From Candidatus Brocadiales bacterium (GTDB taxonomy: Bacteria > Planctomycetota > Brocadiia > Brocadiales > Bathyanammoxibiaceae), in contig JBHIBD010000001.1 in the NCBI GenBank assembly GCA_046758865.1, positions 7,443 through 71,442 on the forward strand: a DNA stretch of 64,000 bases. Reading direction: 5' to 3'. Shown here piece after piece: positions 25,019 through 34,436 of this stretch (its first letter is position 1; each line of letters opens with the position of its first letter). The translations under genes were made by a program, and so were the position numbers. Below the pieces are notes generated by a model. That model ran no database searches and was not told where the DNA came from. It was given only the letters and a program-made list of their open reading frames with translations.

Positions 25019-27364
25019 TTAATATAATTTAAAAATAAAAATTTTCTTTAAATAATCTACTCTAATCTCTGTACTGCCTGAACTCTCTTCAAGGGCTCTA
25101 GCAAGACTACCTTCCACTTTATTATCGAAGGATAAAAGATTGTATTTACTCCCATTACTTTTAAGAGGATCTAAGTACTCAGACAATTTCTCTGGAGTCA
25201 TGTAGTCAACAATGAAATACCTGAAACCATTATTTAGTGCGCTATCTAATTCTTCAAAGTTTTTCACTCCATGGACATTATCTTTTCCAAAATAAAACAT
25301 CCATACAGGAAGATAACTATCGACAGCTACCTTATCGGTCTTACCCTTCAGATAACAGTATGCCTTATCATAACCTGTAGTTGCAACAGCAGCTTGCCGA
25401 GAGTTTGGAAATCCTATAAGTATAACCAGCGCTAATAAAAGGCCGAAATTTATATACTTTAACTTCACCTTACCTTGTAAGAAAGATGCCAGGTCGCTGA
25501 AGGATTTTCCCAACAAAAGGCTAACAAACACAAGGAGTATCGTCCAGACCCGCGGCACAACCATTCCTCCAGAACCGGCTTGTATTGACCACAGGATAAC
25601 GGGAAAGAGAATAGAGACGAGTACAATAAACGTTGCCAGTTGATAGCCCCGTCTTAACAGAATAAGAAAATATATGATGCCACCACAAAAAGCACTCAGC
25701 ATAATAAGGCCTTCAAAGGAAAGGAATATCTTAAACAAGTATAGAAAATCACCCGGAGGACGACCTGCATCTAGAAGCTTATTATTAGTGAATATGCTGT
25801 AAAGGCCTTTTAAGAAATCAACACTATATACAGTGGGCATGCTCACGGCCAGCTCCCTTATTTTGACCTTAATTTCTGTAGAAAAAGGAGAGAAGTTTGC
25901 AATGAGGTTAGAGAAGAGCTCGGTCAGGTAGGTTTTCTGTGGATTTTCGAAGAGTTGGCTATAGACAACTACGGCTTCGACAAAAACTATTGGAATACAA
26001 AGTCCTAAAGAGAAAACTGCGAAACGCCCTGTCACACCCGAGAAACTGCGCTTTAGTGTCCTCATAGAGTATACTTCATAAAACAGGATCAATAAGAGCT
26101 GTATGGCCATAATATAGTGAAAAGTGAACCCAAATCCTGAGGCTACACCCGCTAAGAAGAGCAGGTGCCAGCTCTTTACATTATTCAGACTCAGATAATA
26201 AAAGTAGATACTGAGCGTAAGAAAGAACATCATTTCAACATAGCCAGTGCCTGCCTTAGAGTAAAAGATGTGTAAGAATGAGGAACCAAGGATGGCCGAG
26301 GAATAAAGCGCCGTCTGAATGTCAAACAGTCTCCTCGCCAGTACAAACATCATGAGTACTGTTAAGACCCCAAACACACAATCAATATATGAAGCCAAGG
26401 AACTTTTTATCCCAAATAGCTTGTAACCCAAGAAGATAATAAAAGTGTATCCCGTCTTGGCCCCCGTGTGAAAAAACTGCCCGTCTGTTTGCAGGTCCCT
26501 TGCAGCACATGAATATGTAGCACTGTCATTGATAAGAAAGGTCTGTTCACTGACCCCATAAGCTCTAAAGAAGAGGCTGGTCGACAAGATAAATAGCAAT
26601 ATTATATGCTCTAAAGAGACACCTGAGGAAATAGGCATTAAGTTATAGTTTCTCCGACCTGTGCGTCCCTCTGAATGGATACAGAAATTCCTGCCGACCC
26701 GTAGTTCCCTCAATAAATACTTTAGAAAAAGTAGTCCAGCTGGGATAGATTTGGCTGTACTCTCCCCGCCGATTCTGTCGCCTTCTATTGTAGGGGTCTC
26801 CGCCACTTTCAACCCTAGCTTCATCGCTCTAATAGACACCTGGTACTCGATAACAAAGCCCGGAGCATCTGGGGCCATTCTCTGGAAAGCTGCTTTAGTA
26901 ATGGCCCGGTAACCGTTTATCGTATCAGTTATTTGGCCTCCCCATATGGAATTTGCAATGAAGGTGAAGGCCCTATTGGCCCAAGCCCGCCAGGGTAATA
27001 GAGCCTCATCTTCCTCATTCCTAGCATTAGCGAGAAAACGGGAGGCGATGGCCATATCAAAGCCCTCTTTCAAAAGCCCAGCAAGTCTGGGAATGTCTTT
27101 GGGGTCTTCGTTTCCATCAGGACTGAAAAACACCAAATGTTCACCCCTGGCCTCTCTCATAGCTATTCGAAAGGCCTCCCCCCTGCCCTTAACATCCTGA
27201 ATTATTACCTTCATACCTTTGCTACGAAAGAATTCCACCGTCCCGTCTACGGAGCCCCCATCAATTACGATGGTCTGGTCCACACTATCAAATGGAATTT
27301 GGTCGAACAGGGCCGTAATGCCCTCAATCTCATTAAGGGTTAAGATAACGAGTGTAGTGCTCAT
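25019..27364 (-). CDS. fusion protein: N-terminal GT2 (polyprenol-phosphate sugar synthase-like) plus C-terminal polytopic GT-C/PMT_2-like domain
   Basis: N-terminus LVILTLNEIEGI, VIDGGSVDGT, FFSPDGNEDP (GT2). From about residue 250 there are more than 10 hydrophobic helices and a soluble tail, as in ArnT/PMT-type transferases. Confidence 0.75.
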   Translation of the reverse strand: MSTTLVILTLNEIEGITALFDQIPFDSVDQTIVIDGGSVDGTVEFFRSKGMKVIIQDVKGRGEAFRIAMREARGEHLVFFSPDGNEDPKDIPRLAGLLKEGFDMAIASRFLANARNEEDEALLPWRAWANRAFTFIANSIWGGQITDTINGYRAITKAAFQRMAPDAPGFVIEYQVSIRAMKLGLKVAETPTIEGDRIGGESTAKSIPAGLLFLKYLLRELRVGRNFCIHSEGRTGRRNYNLMPISSGVSLEHIILLFILSTSLFFRAYGVSEQTFLINDSATYSCAARDLQTDGQFFHTGAKTGYTFIIFLGYKLFGIKSSLASYIDCVFGVLTVLMMFVLARRLFDIQTALYSSAILGSSFLHIFYSKAGTGYVEMMFFLTLSIYFYYLSLNNVKSWHLLFLAGVASGFGFTFHYIMAIQLLLILFYEVYSMRTLKRSFSGVTGRFAVFSLGLCIPIVFVEAVVVYSQLFENPQKTYLTELFSNLIANFSPFSTEIKVKIRELAVSMPTVYSVDFLKGLYSIFTNNKLLDAGRPPGDFLYLFKIFLSFEGLIMLSAFCGGIIYFLILLRRGYQLATFIVLVSILFPVILWSIQAGSGGMVVPRVWTILLVFVSLLLGKSFSDLASFLQGKVKLKYINFGLLLALVILIGFPNSRQAAVATTGYDKAYCYLKGKTDKVAVDSYLPVWMFYFGKDNVHGVKNFEELDSALNNGFRYFIVDYMTPEKLSEYLDPLKSNGSKYNLLSFDNKVEGSLARALEESSGSTEIRVDYLKKIFIFKLY

Positions 27365-28347
27365 AAGGTCTTCTGAGTTAGCGCTTCAGTCCTGTACCAT
27401 TCAATCTGTTTCCTAAGACCGTCCTTCAATCTCACCTGGGCCTCAAACCCTATTTTCTCTTTCGCCTTGCTGGTGTCGCAATTTCTTCTCGGTTGGCCTG
27501 AAGGCTTGGTGGTATCAAAATGTACAGTGGGGTTCTCCCCCGATAGACTAATTATCATCTCAACCAGGTCTTTCATTTTTATCTCTTCATCAGTCCCTAA
27601 GTTAAGTGCGTCTGCGCAGGGATACTTTTCGGTAGCCTCCACCATGCCTCTAGCCAAATCAGTTACATATAGAAACGCCCTAGTCTGCTCTCCATCACCC
27701 CATACCGTCAAAGGGTTCTCCCCGTCGTATATCCGCTTAATTAACGCAGGAATCACATGAGACCTTTCAGGTTCAAAGTGGTCTTTGGGACCGTAGGTAT
27801 TGTAGGGCCTGACTATAGCAATCTTCATCCCGAACTCCTTGGCATAGGCCTCTGCCTGGACTTCTCCCATCCTCTTTGCCCACCCGTACCCCATATTAGT
27901 ATCTTCTGGAACCCCCACAAACCCTTCTGTCTCTGGTGTTGGGACCTTACAGAATCTCTGATATACACAGGCACTGCTTACCATGAGGAACCTCTCTACA
28001 TTGTTAACCCTTGCCATCTCCAACACATTCGTGTTTATCAAGATATTGTCTCGAAACATGGTACCCGGATGTTTCATGTTATAGGTAATGCCTCCCACCT
28101 TGGCCGCAAGGTGCATTACGACCTTCGTCTCTCTAGACACCCTCTCACATTCATTCACGTTTCTCAGATCAGCGTTAACGAACTCAATCCTATCGCTAAC
28201 CTTATGAAGGTTTCTAAGAGTACCATTTTCAAGGTTATCGGTTACCCTAACGCGTGCGCCCTTCTCAATTAGAAGCTCTACTACGTGAGAACCTATGAAT
28301 CCAGCCCCACCAGTGACCAATACAATTTTGTCAGTCCAAAAAGACAC
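27361..28347 (-). CDS. NAD(P)-dependent epimerase/reductase (GDP-fucose-synthase/ColC-like SDR), start moved to a GTG
   Basis: KIVLVTGGAGFIGSHVV and YGWAKRMGE (YxxxK). The track ORF begins inside the upstream gene, whereas the GTG at 28347..28345 lies 1 nt after that gene's stop. Confidence 0.8.
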   Translation of the reverse strand: MSFWTDKIVLVTGGAGFIGSHVVELLIEKGARVRVTDNLENGTLRNLHKVSDRIEFVNADLRNVNECERVSRETKVVMHLAAKVGGITYNMKHPGTMFRDNILINTNVLEMARVNNVERFLMVSSACVYQRFCKVPTPETEGFVGVPEDTNMGYGWAKRMGEVQAEAYAKEFGMKIAIVRPYNTYGPKDHFEPERSHVIPALIKRIYDGENPLTVWGDGEQTRAFLYVTDLARGMVEATEKYPCADALNLGTDEEIKMKDLVEMIISLSGENPTVHFDTTKPSGQPRRNCDTSKAKEKIGFEAQVRLKDGLRKQIEWYRTEALTQKTL

Positions 28348-28348
28348 C

Positions 28349-29800
28349 CTATCTATCCAGTATCTTCTTATGCAAAGAGCCAAGCATGAAAAGTGACGTC
28401 TTTGCAATCCACAAGAATTCTGTAAGCGATTGCACAGAGAACAAAAGTTCAAGCATCTTGGAGGATCGGTAGTAAAAGTCTTGATAGGCCTTTTGGTAGT
28501 ATTTCGCTACATCTTCCTTGCTCAGGCTTCCCAACTCGTAGAACGCTTCACCGCTATAGAACCCCATATCTAGACCGGATGTAGTGTCAACCAAGAATCT
28601 GCCCTCTCTTTGGACCATTTCGAACAATCTAGTACCTGGAAATGGTACCGTAATCGTGAAATTTGCGATGGTGGGATTCATCTTTATGGCAAAATCTATC
28701 GTCTTTTGCATGGTCTGGGCATTATCCCCAGGAAGACCAAACATGAAAAACCCGTATACGATCATACCGCTGTCCTTCGCCAACCTGGTTGCTTCCAATA
28801 CCTTACTGAGGCTAATGCCTTTTCTACAATTCTTTAAAACCCTCTCATCGCCGGATTCGACACCAAACGCTATCTTAAAGACACCTGCCTTTTTCATTTT
28901 CTTGATAATATTCTCATCAAGAGAATCCACGCGAACGCCTAGCTGGAGATTTATGGCTAGATTGTAGTTCCGCTCGATTATCCCATCCAATATCTCCACT
29001 GTCCTTTTACGGATAAGGGAAAAATTATCGTCCAGGATATCTATCTGCTTTACATTTAATTCCTTTACTAGATAATCGATCTCGCTTAGTACGTTTTGGG
29101 GTGACCTTGCGGTAAAGTTTGATAAGAACACATCCTTACTGCAGTACACACACTGGCTGGGACAACCCCTGCTGGTAAGGATTGGGGCAACAGGCGTCTT
29201 CCTGGCCCTGCTCTTGTACAAGTTGAGGTCGGGAAGCATGTACCAGGCCGGAATGGGAAGGGAGTCTAGGTCCTTTATTCTTTTCCGCTGTTCAGTCCTT
29301 ATGATAGTTCCGTTCTCGGCATATGCTACCCCATTGATACCGCTGAAGTTATTGCACTGCCCACGCCTCAAGTTGTGCATTATCTCCAGCATGGTAAGCT
29401 CCCCCTCGCCAATTACAACAACATCTGCCTTTCCCTCCTGCAGGAATTTCTGCGGAAAGGAGGTTGGGAAGGGGCCGCCAACGATAATCTTGGGTGCCTC
29501 ATGACAGGCAGACTTGAGTTTTTCTGCAATTTCGATACATGCATTGCCAGTAAATAAATTTGCGGTAATCCCAACGGCCTTTGGCTTCGACCTCAGAATG
29601 TCCTCTACGACCATGTTAGCGTCTTTTTTCAGGACATTCGCATCAATGACACCACACCGAAACCCTTCATTCTCTAATACAGCGGCTATATAAGCTAGGC
29701 CTATGGGTGGCAATAAGGTTGTTTCACTAACCCCTTTTATATTTCCAGGGAATGGTGCGACCAAGATTATGTCCGGTTCATCCTGCAACATATAATTCAT
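28349..29800 (-). CDS. B12-binding-domain radical SAM enzyme (start moved to the internal ATG)
   Basis: TSRGCPSQCVYCSKD (CX3CX2C) after a B12-binding-like N-domain (IILVAPFPG...IGLAYIAAVLE). The ATG at 29800..29798 lies 5 nt after the zinc-ribbon ORF stop, with GGAAGTGAG upstream. Confidence 0.85.
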   Translation of the reverse strand: MNYMLQDEPDIILVAPFPGNIKGVSETTLLPPIGLAYIAAVLENEGFRCGVIDANVLKKDANMVVEDILRSKPKAVGITANLFTGNACIEIAEKLKSACHEAPKIIVGGPFPTSFPQKFLQEGKADVVVIGEGELTMLEIMHNLRRGQCNNFSGINGVAYAENGTIIRTEQRKRIKDLDSLPIPAWYMLPDLNLYKSRARKTPVAPILTSRGCPSQCVYCSKDVFLSNFTARSPQNVLSEIDYLVKELNVKQIDILDDNFSLIRKRTVEILDGIIERNYNLAINLQLGVRVDSLDENIIKKMKKAGVFKIAFGVESGDERVLKNCRKGISLSKVLEATRLAKDSGMIVYGFFMFGLPGDNAQTMQKTIDFAIKMNPTIANFTITVPFPGTRLFEMVQREGRFLVDTTSGLDMGFYSGEAFYELGSLSKEDVAKYYQKAYQDFYYRSSKMLELLFSVQSLTEFLWIAKTSLFMLGSLHKKILDR

Positions 29801-29804
29801 AAGC

Positions 29805-29990
29805 TCACTTCCAGAATTCCCAGACGTAACGCTCCTTCTTTTTGCCAAAGTCACAGTCTGAATTTGAGCACTTATACATCTCCCAACCGCTTGCGCTGGA
29901 AATAATAAGCTTACTTCCGCACTTGGGACACCTTTTAATCAGTCCCAGCCACCAGGCTAATTTTTTTACGTATGGCAGACTTTCTTTCAT
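29805..29990 (-). CDS. 61-aa zinc-ribbon mini-protein
   Basis: CPKCGS...YKCSNSDC gives two Cys pairs. ATGA start/stop overlap with the upstream dehydrase gene. The ORF ends 5 nt before the radical SAM start. Confidence 0.55.
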   Translation of the reverse strand: MKESLPYVKKLAWWLGLIKRCPKCGSKLIISSASGWEMYKCSNSDCDFGKKKERYVWEFWK

Positions 29991-31219
29991 TGTCTTTTTA
30001 CCGCTAATGGCTCATCCTTGAGAATATCACCGAAGACCTGAGCAATATAATTTAGGTCGTCTTTTTCAAGGTATTGATGGCATCCGATATAGAAGCCATT
30101 TCTTCCCACACGTTCGGCGTTGGGCAGTCTGCCCTTATATATCTCACACAATTGTGCATAGGCGCGTTGTTGGGTGGGTATACATCCAAATAGCGGCCTT
30201 GTTTCTACCCCCCGGTCCTCTAACGCCGCCCGTAAGGCCTTTCTTGTAATGACCCCGGCGTCTCTGATAACAATAGGATATGCCAAGTAACTCACTTGGT
30301 CTGAGTAGAGGGGTAGTTGTAGGAAGGAGGAATATTCTTCTAAGAGACCGTTGAGATATTTGACGTTTTCTTTGCGCCTGGCAAGTATCCACTCCACCTT
30401 TTCCACTTGAGTTACAGCAAGGGCTGCCTGGAATTCCATCGTCTTAAAATTGTATCCAATAAAGTCGTGGGCAAATTTTGGGTCAAAGTCATCCTCATCG
30501 GAGGGTCTGAGCAGGGGGCAATACCCTTTACTTCTGGTACAAACATGGCAGTCGCAGGCCCTTCCCTGGGCCTTTATCTGTCTTACCAGTCTAGCTATCT
30601 CTTCATCATTAGTGACCACGGCCCCCATCTCACCAGCCTGAATATTGTGGGCTATATAAAAAGAAAAGGTCGAAAGCAGTGACATAGTGCCCGTTTTCTT
30701 GCCTCCATAAAGGCTTCCGTGGGCCTGGGCGGAATCTTCAAAGGTCAAGAGGTTATACTCGGCCGATATGTCATTTATCTCGTCCATCCTGGCCGGGAAC
30801 CCCATTAAATGTACTGGCATAATAAGGGCGTAATCCTCTGGGCAGTTCGTATGTCCCAGGTGTTCTCTAATATTCTCGGGGGTTATGCAGAAGGTAACAG
30901 GATCAATGTCCACATACACCGGCTCAAAGCCCGTCACACTTATAGCACTACTGGTAGCTATATAGGTTATTGGTGTGGTAATTACCTTGGCACCGGGTTT
31001 CAGGCCTTTAGCGTATTTGAGCGCAGTCAACCCTGCTATGAGTGCACCCGCGCCAGAACTCGTAGCAACACAGTACTTTGTCCCTACATACTCAGCCCAC
31101 GCCTGTTCGAACCTGTGGACGTATTTCCCCTCAGATATACGACCGGAGTCGAGGACATCCATTACAGCCGAGCGTTCCACCTCTCCCAATCTGAAGTCTC
31201 CGACTGTAACCCGTCGCAT
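29987..31219 (-). CDS. PMP-dependent sugar 3-dehydrase (E1/RfbH- or ColD-like member of the DegT family; Lys replaced by His)
   Basis: EDSAQAHGS, and FSFYIAHNIQAGEMGAVVT aligns with SFFATKVMTSCEGGMVVT of the DegT paralog, placing His where the PLP Lys sits. An additional Cys cluster follows: RACDCHVCTRSKGYC. Confidence 0.7.
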   Translation of the reverse strand: MRRVTVGDFRLGEVERSAVMDVLDSGRISEGKYVHRFEQAWAEYVGTKYCVATSSGAGALIAGLTALKYAKGLKPGAKVITTPITYIATSSAISVTGFEPVYVDIDPVTFCITPENIREHLGHTNCPEDYALIMPVHLMGFPARMDEINDISAEYNLLTFEDSAQAHGSLYGGKKTGTMSLLSTFSFYIAHNIQAGEMGAVVTNDEEIARLVRQIKAQGRACDCHVCTRSKGYCPLLRPSDEDDFDPKFAHDFIGYNFKTMEFQAALAVTQVEKVEWILARRKENVKYLNGLLEEYSSFLQLPLYSDQVSYLAYPIVIRDAGVITRKALRAALEDRGVETRPLFGCIPTQQRAYAQLCEIYKGRLPNAERVGRNGFYIGCHQYLEKDDLNYIAQVFGDILKDEPLAVKRQ

Positions 31220-31373
31220 TTCCTACCCTCTCGAACTATTTATCTAACGAACCGGCGAGCTGAGAATTGGTCTGCCCCTGCAAAGGTAAGATACACACAA
31301 TCCCAATCATTCCTGACCCCAAGTACTGAGTAAAGTAATTGTCATGTGTATCCCGAAAACCCAATAGCTTCAT

Positions 31374-32384
31374 TTAATGATATTCGGCTTCTGGCCAACC
31401 CAGGGCTACTTTGGTTCTTCCTGCCATATCGGAGAGAAGTTTGATATCTTCTTCCACCATTATCTCTATCATTTCCCGGAAGGATGTCTTGGGTCTCCAC
31501 CCAAGTCGTTTATGGGTCTTTGTTGCGTCTCCTACCAGGCAGTCCACCTCGCAAGGCCTGATAAGACGTTGGTCAATATTCACATACTTGCGCCAATCGA
31601 GACCCACACAATTAAATGCTGCCTCTACTAACTCCTTTACGCTATGGGCCTCACCAGTAGCTATTACATAGTCTTCGGCCACTTCCTGCTGGAGCATAAG
31701 CCACATAGCCTCAACATAGTCTTTGGCGTACCCCCAGTCCCTCTTGGCGTCCAAATTGCCCAACATAAGCTCTTCTGAGAGACCTAACTTGATGCTTGCC
31801 ACGCCGTGGGTCACTTTTCTGCTCACAAATTCTAGTCCCCGCCTCGGTGATTCGTGGTTAAAACATATCCCACAAGAGGCGAAAATGTCATAGCTTTCCC
31901 TATAGTTAACGGTGATGTGGTGGCCATAGACCTTTGCCACACCGTAGGGGCTCCTCGGGTAAAATGGGGTGTTTTCGTTCTGGGAAGATTCCCTGACCTT
32001 ACCGAACATCTCACTGCTGGAGGCCTGATAGAATCTCGTGTCTAGCTTGTACTTCCGGATGGCCTCGAGTATGCGGACAACCCCCAGGGCTGTAACCTCA
32101 CCTGTGAATACTGGCTGTACCCAGGAGGTGGGAACAAATGACTGGGCAGCAAGGTTGTAAACCTCATCCGGTTGGATACTCTTAATAATCTCGTCCATAG
32201 AAGACTGATCCAACAAGTCGCCGTTAACTATATTCACCCTATCGAGTATATGCTCAATACGGTGGAAGTGATTCAGGCTCGCCCTTCTAGCCATCCCCGA
32301 TACCTTATAACCTTTGGCCAAGAGAAACTCTGCCAGATATGAACCATCCTGTCCTGTAATGCCTGTAATCAACGCCACTTTCAC
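31374..32384 (-). CDS. gmd: GDP-mannose 4,6-dehydratase
   Basis: [35 protein letters not shown] and NHESPRRG are hallmark Gmd sequences. Confidence 0.9.
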   Translation of the reverse strand: MKVALITGITGQDGSYLAEFLLAKGYKVSGMARRASLNHFHRIEHILDRVNIVNGDLLDQSSMDEIIKSIQPDEVYNLAAQSFVPTSWVQPVFTGEVTALGVVRILEAIRKYKLDTRFYQASSSEMFGKVRESSQNENTPFYPRSPYGVAKVYGHHITVNYRESYDIFASCGICFNHESPRRGLEFVSRKVTHGVASIKLGLSEELMLGNLDAKRDWGYAKDYVEAMWLMLQQEVAEDYVIATGEAHSVKELVEAAFNCVGLDWRKYVNIDQRLIRPCEVDCLVGDATKTHKRLGWRPKTSFREMIEIMVEEDIKLLSDMAGRTKVALGWPEAEYH

Positions 32385-32484
32385 TAGTAAGCAACCCCCT
32401 TTCCATAACGCTTTTGAGAACTATCCTCGATGATCAAGTTAACTGTCTCAACAAGAGTCAATACATTAAACCTTACGTCAATGA

Positions 32485-33708
32485 CTAAAGTGCAGGAGAT
32501 ACACTTTGTCTTATAGAACCTCTTACTTTGTGGTTTGTGATGCTTTCAAGGGCCTCCATTATCCCTTTTATAGCCTGCTCATTGCTCCAGTGAGAAATAA
32601 TTTCGTGAGAGCGCCCACCCATCGTTTGTCGAAGCTGAGAGTCAGCAATTAACTTCTCCAGAAAATAAGTTAAGGCCTCCACATCATCCGCTGGGTAGAT
32701 ATATCCGTTTTCTCCATGCCTTACCAGGTCTCTCGCGCCCGCAACCCGATCGGTGGTGACGATGGGAAGACCAAAGCACATGGCCTCGTTAATTACTAGC
32801 CCCCAGGTCTCATAAGAAGAAGGGAGTACAAAGATATCTGCTGCAGCATAATATTTAGGTAGTTCGGTCTGATTTTTGAACCCAAGGAAGAAGACATTCT
32901 TCAATTTCTTTCCCCTTGCATATAGCTCTATAGAAGATTTGAGCTCTCCGTCTCCAACAAAGAGTAAGGCTGCCGGTGTATGGAGTCGCTCAAAAGCCAT
33001 GAGTAGATCAAAAGGCCGCTTCCGCCTGGTAAGCTTTGATACATAAAGAATTACAGGAAAATCCTTGACGATACCGACTTCCTTCCTGGTTTCAACAGCT
33101 CTTGTCCGCTCAATTTCTGCCTGTTTAAAGAAAAATTCATTATCCACTGTATAGGGCGTTAAGAACATCCGGTCTTCAGGGATACCGTAATGGAGATAAA
33201 ATTCTTTGCTCATAGTTCCTATGGGTAAAAAGGCTCTTATGTGCCAAAAGAGTAAAGAGAAAGTTATCCGTTTCAAACTCCTCTTCCATCTGGATCTGTT
33301 TTTTTGAAGGACTGTTTCCCCTCTGAAGATTATGGGCGTTTTTGATGTCAATCCCCCAAGGAGGGCAATCCAATTTGTCGCTACAGTATAGCCATGTATG
33401 AGAAGGGCATCGTATCTATGCCTTCTAAGTTCAGGTATAATCCCTGGATTTATCAAGCTAAAAGGTTCAACCAGAGAAGAGTTGGGGGAGAAGTTCTTCA
33501 GGAATTTATATGAATATCCTTCTAAAAGAGGAATATCCCATTTGTAGGCAATACCGAATCCATGGTCTACCCTCTCAGTTATCCCATAGTCAGTGCAGAA
33601 ATAGACCGTAATCTCGAGCTGGGGATGCTGGGCCAGCTTGCGGAATAGTGGGGCCTGGTACTGGATGGGATGTGTCGTTAGTATCGCAAGTCTATACTTC
33701 TTGCTCAT
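32485..33708 (-). CDS. glycosyltransferase family 4
   Basis: LPSSYETWGLVINEAMCFGLPIVTTD. Confidence 0.85.
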   Translation of the reverse strand: MSKKYRLAILTTHPIQYQAPLFRKLAQHPQLEITVYFCTDYGITERVDHGFGIAYKWDIPLLEGYSYKFLKNFSPNSSLVEPFSLINPGIIPELRRHRYDALLIHGYTVATNWIALLGGLTSKTPIIFRGETVLQKNRSRWKRSLKRITFSLLFWHIRAFLPIGTMSKEFYLHYGIPEDRMFLTPYTVDNEFFFKQAEIERTRAVETRKEVGIVKDFPVILYVSKLTRRKRPFDLLMAFERLHTPAALLFVGDGELKSSIELYARGKKLKNVFFLGFKNQTELPKYYAAADIFVLPSSYETWGLVINEAMCFGLPIVTTDRVAGARDLVRHGENGYIYPADDVEALTYFLEKLIADSQLRQTMGGRSHEIISHWSNEQAIKGIMEALESITNHKVRGSIRQSVSPAL

Positions 33709-34436
33709 TTCTTGGCCGCACAGATTATTGTTTGTGTATAAATCCCATCACTTGAACCTGTTTCAACCAGCATGTAAAATCCTACTATGGTCTCGATTAC
33801 CTTCCATAGTAGAAATCTCACAGCAGACTTTATTCCCTTAGGTACAGGACCCGTTGAATAAAAAGTAATCTCAGTAAAACCCACTATTCTTAACATCTGA
33901 CCCAGACTTTCTTTTGTAAAACTCACCTCGTGCGTTAAATCTCCGTACCGCAGACGGCTACCAAAAGGGGATTCGGCGTTTGGAGTATATATCACTACAC
34001 ATCCCCCTTCTTTCAGAGCGTTATAAAAAGTCTTCGTGGCTCTATATACCTCATCTTTTCCAAAATGCTCAATTGCATCCCTTGCAAAAATGAGGTCATA
34101 CAGTTCTTTCTTATCCTTCAGACACTCTAGAAAATCAGCCTCTTCAACTTTTTTTGCGCCAAGCCTCTTTGCGAGTTCAACCTGCTGAGAGCTTATATCT
34201 ACACCAGAGGCGTTTACATAATCCATCTCCTGAAGCCACAGAAGAAAACCACCATTGCCACACCCTGCATCCAGTATCTTTGCAGACTTATCCCGTGGTA
34301 GAAACCTCCCGTAGTACCACTTCCAGACCGGGAAATGAGTCTCCATCCCCTTAATGGTAGCCTCCCCGTATAAGTGGGATGTGTGGGTTGAAACATAATG
34401 GTTATATAATCTCCTGTGTAATTTATCCTCTAACAT
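33705..34436 (-). CDS. class I SAM-dependent methyltransferase
   Basis: ILDAGCGNGGFLLWL and LKEGGCVVIYTPN. ATGA-type overlaps on both sides. Confidence 0.85.
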   Translation of the reverse strand: MLEDKLHRRLYNHYVSTHTSHLYGEATIKGMETHFPVWKWYYGRFLPRDKSAKILDAGCGNGGFLLWLQEMDYVNASGVDISSQQVELAKRLGAKKVEEADFLECLKDKKELYDLIFARDAIEHFGKDEVYRATKTFYNALKEGGCVVIYTPNAESPFGSRLRYGDLTHEVSFTKESLGQMLRIVGFTEITFYSTGPVPKGIKSAVRFLLWKVIETIVGFYMLVETGSSDGIYTQTIICAAKK

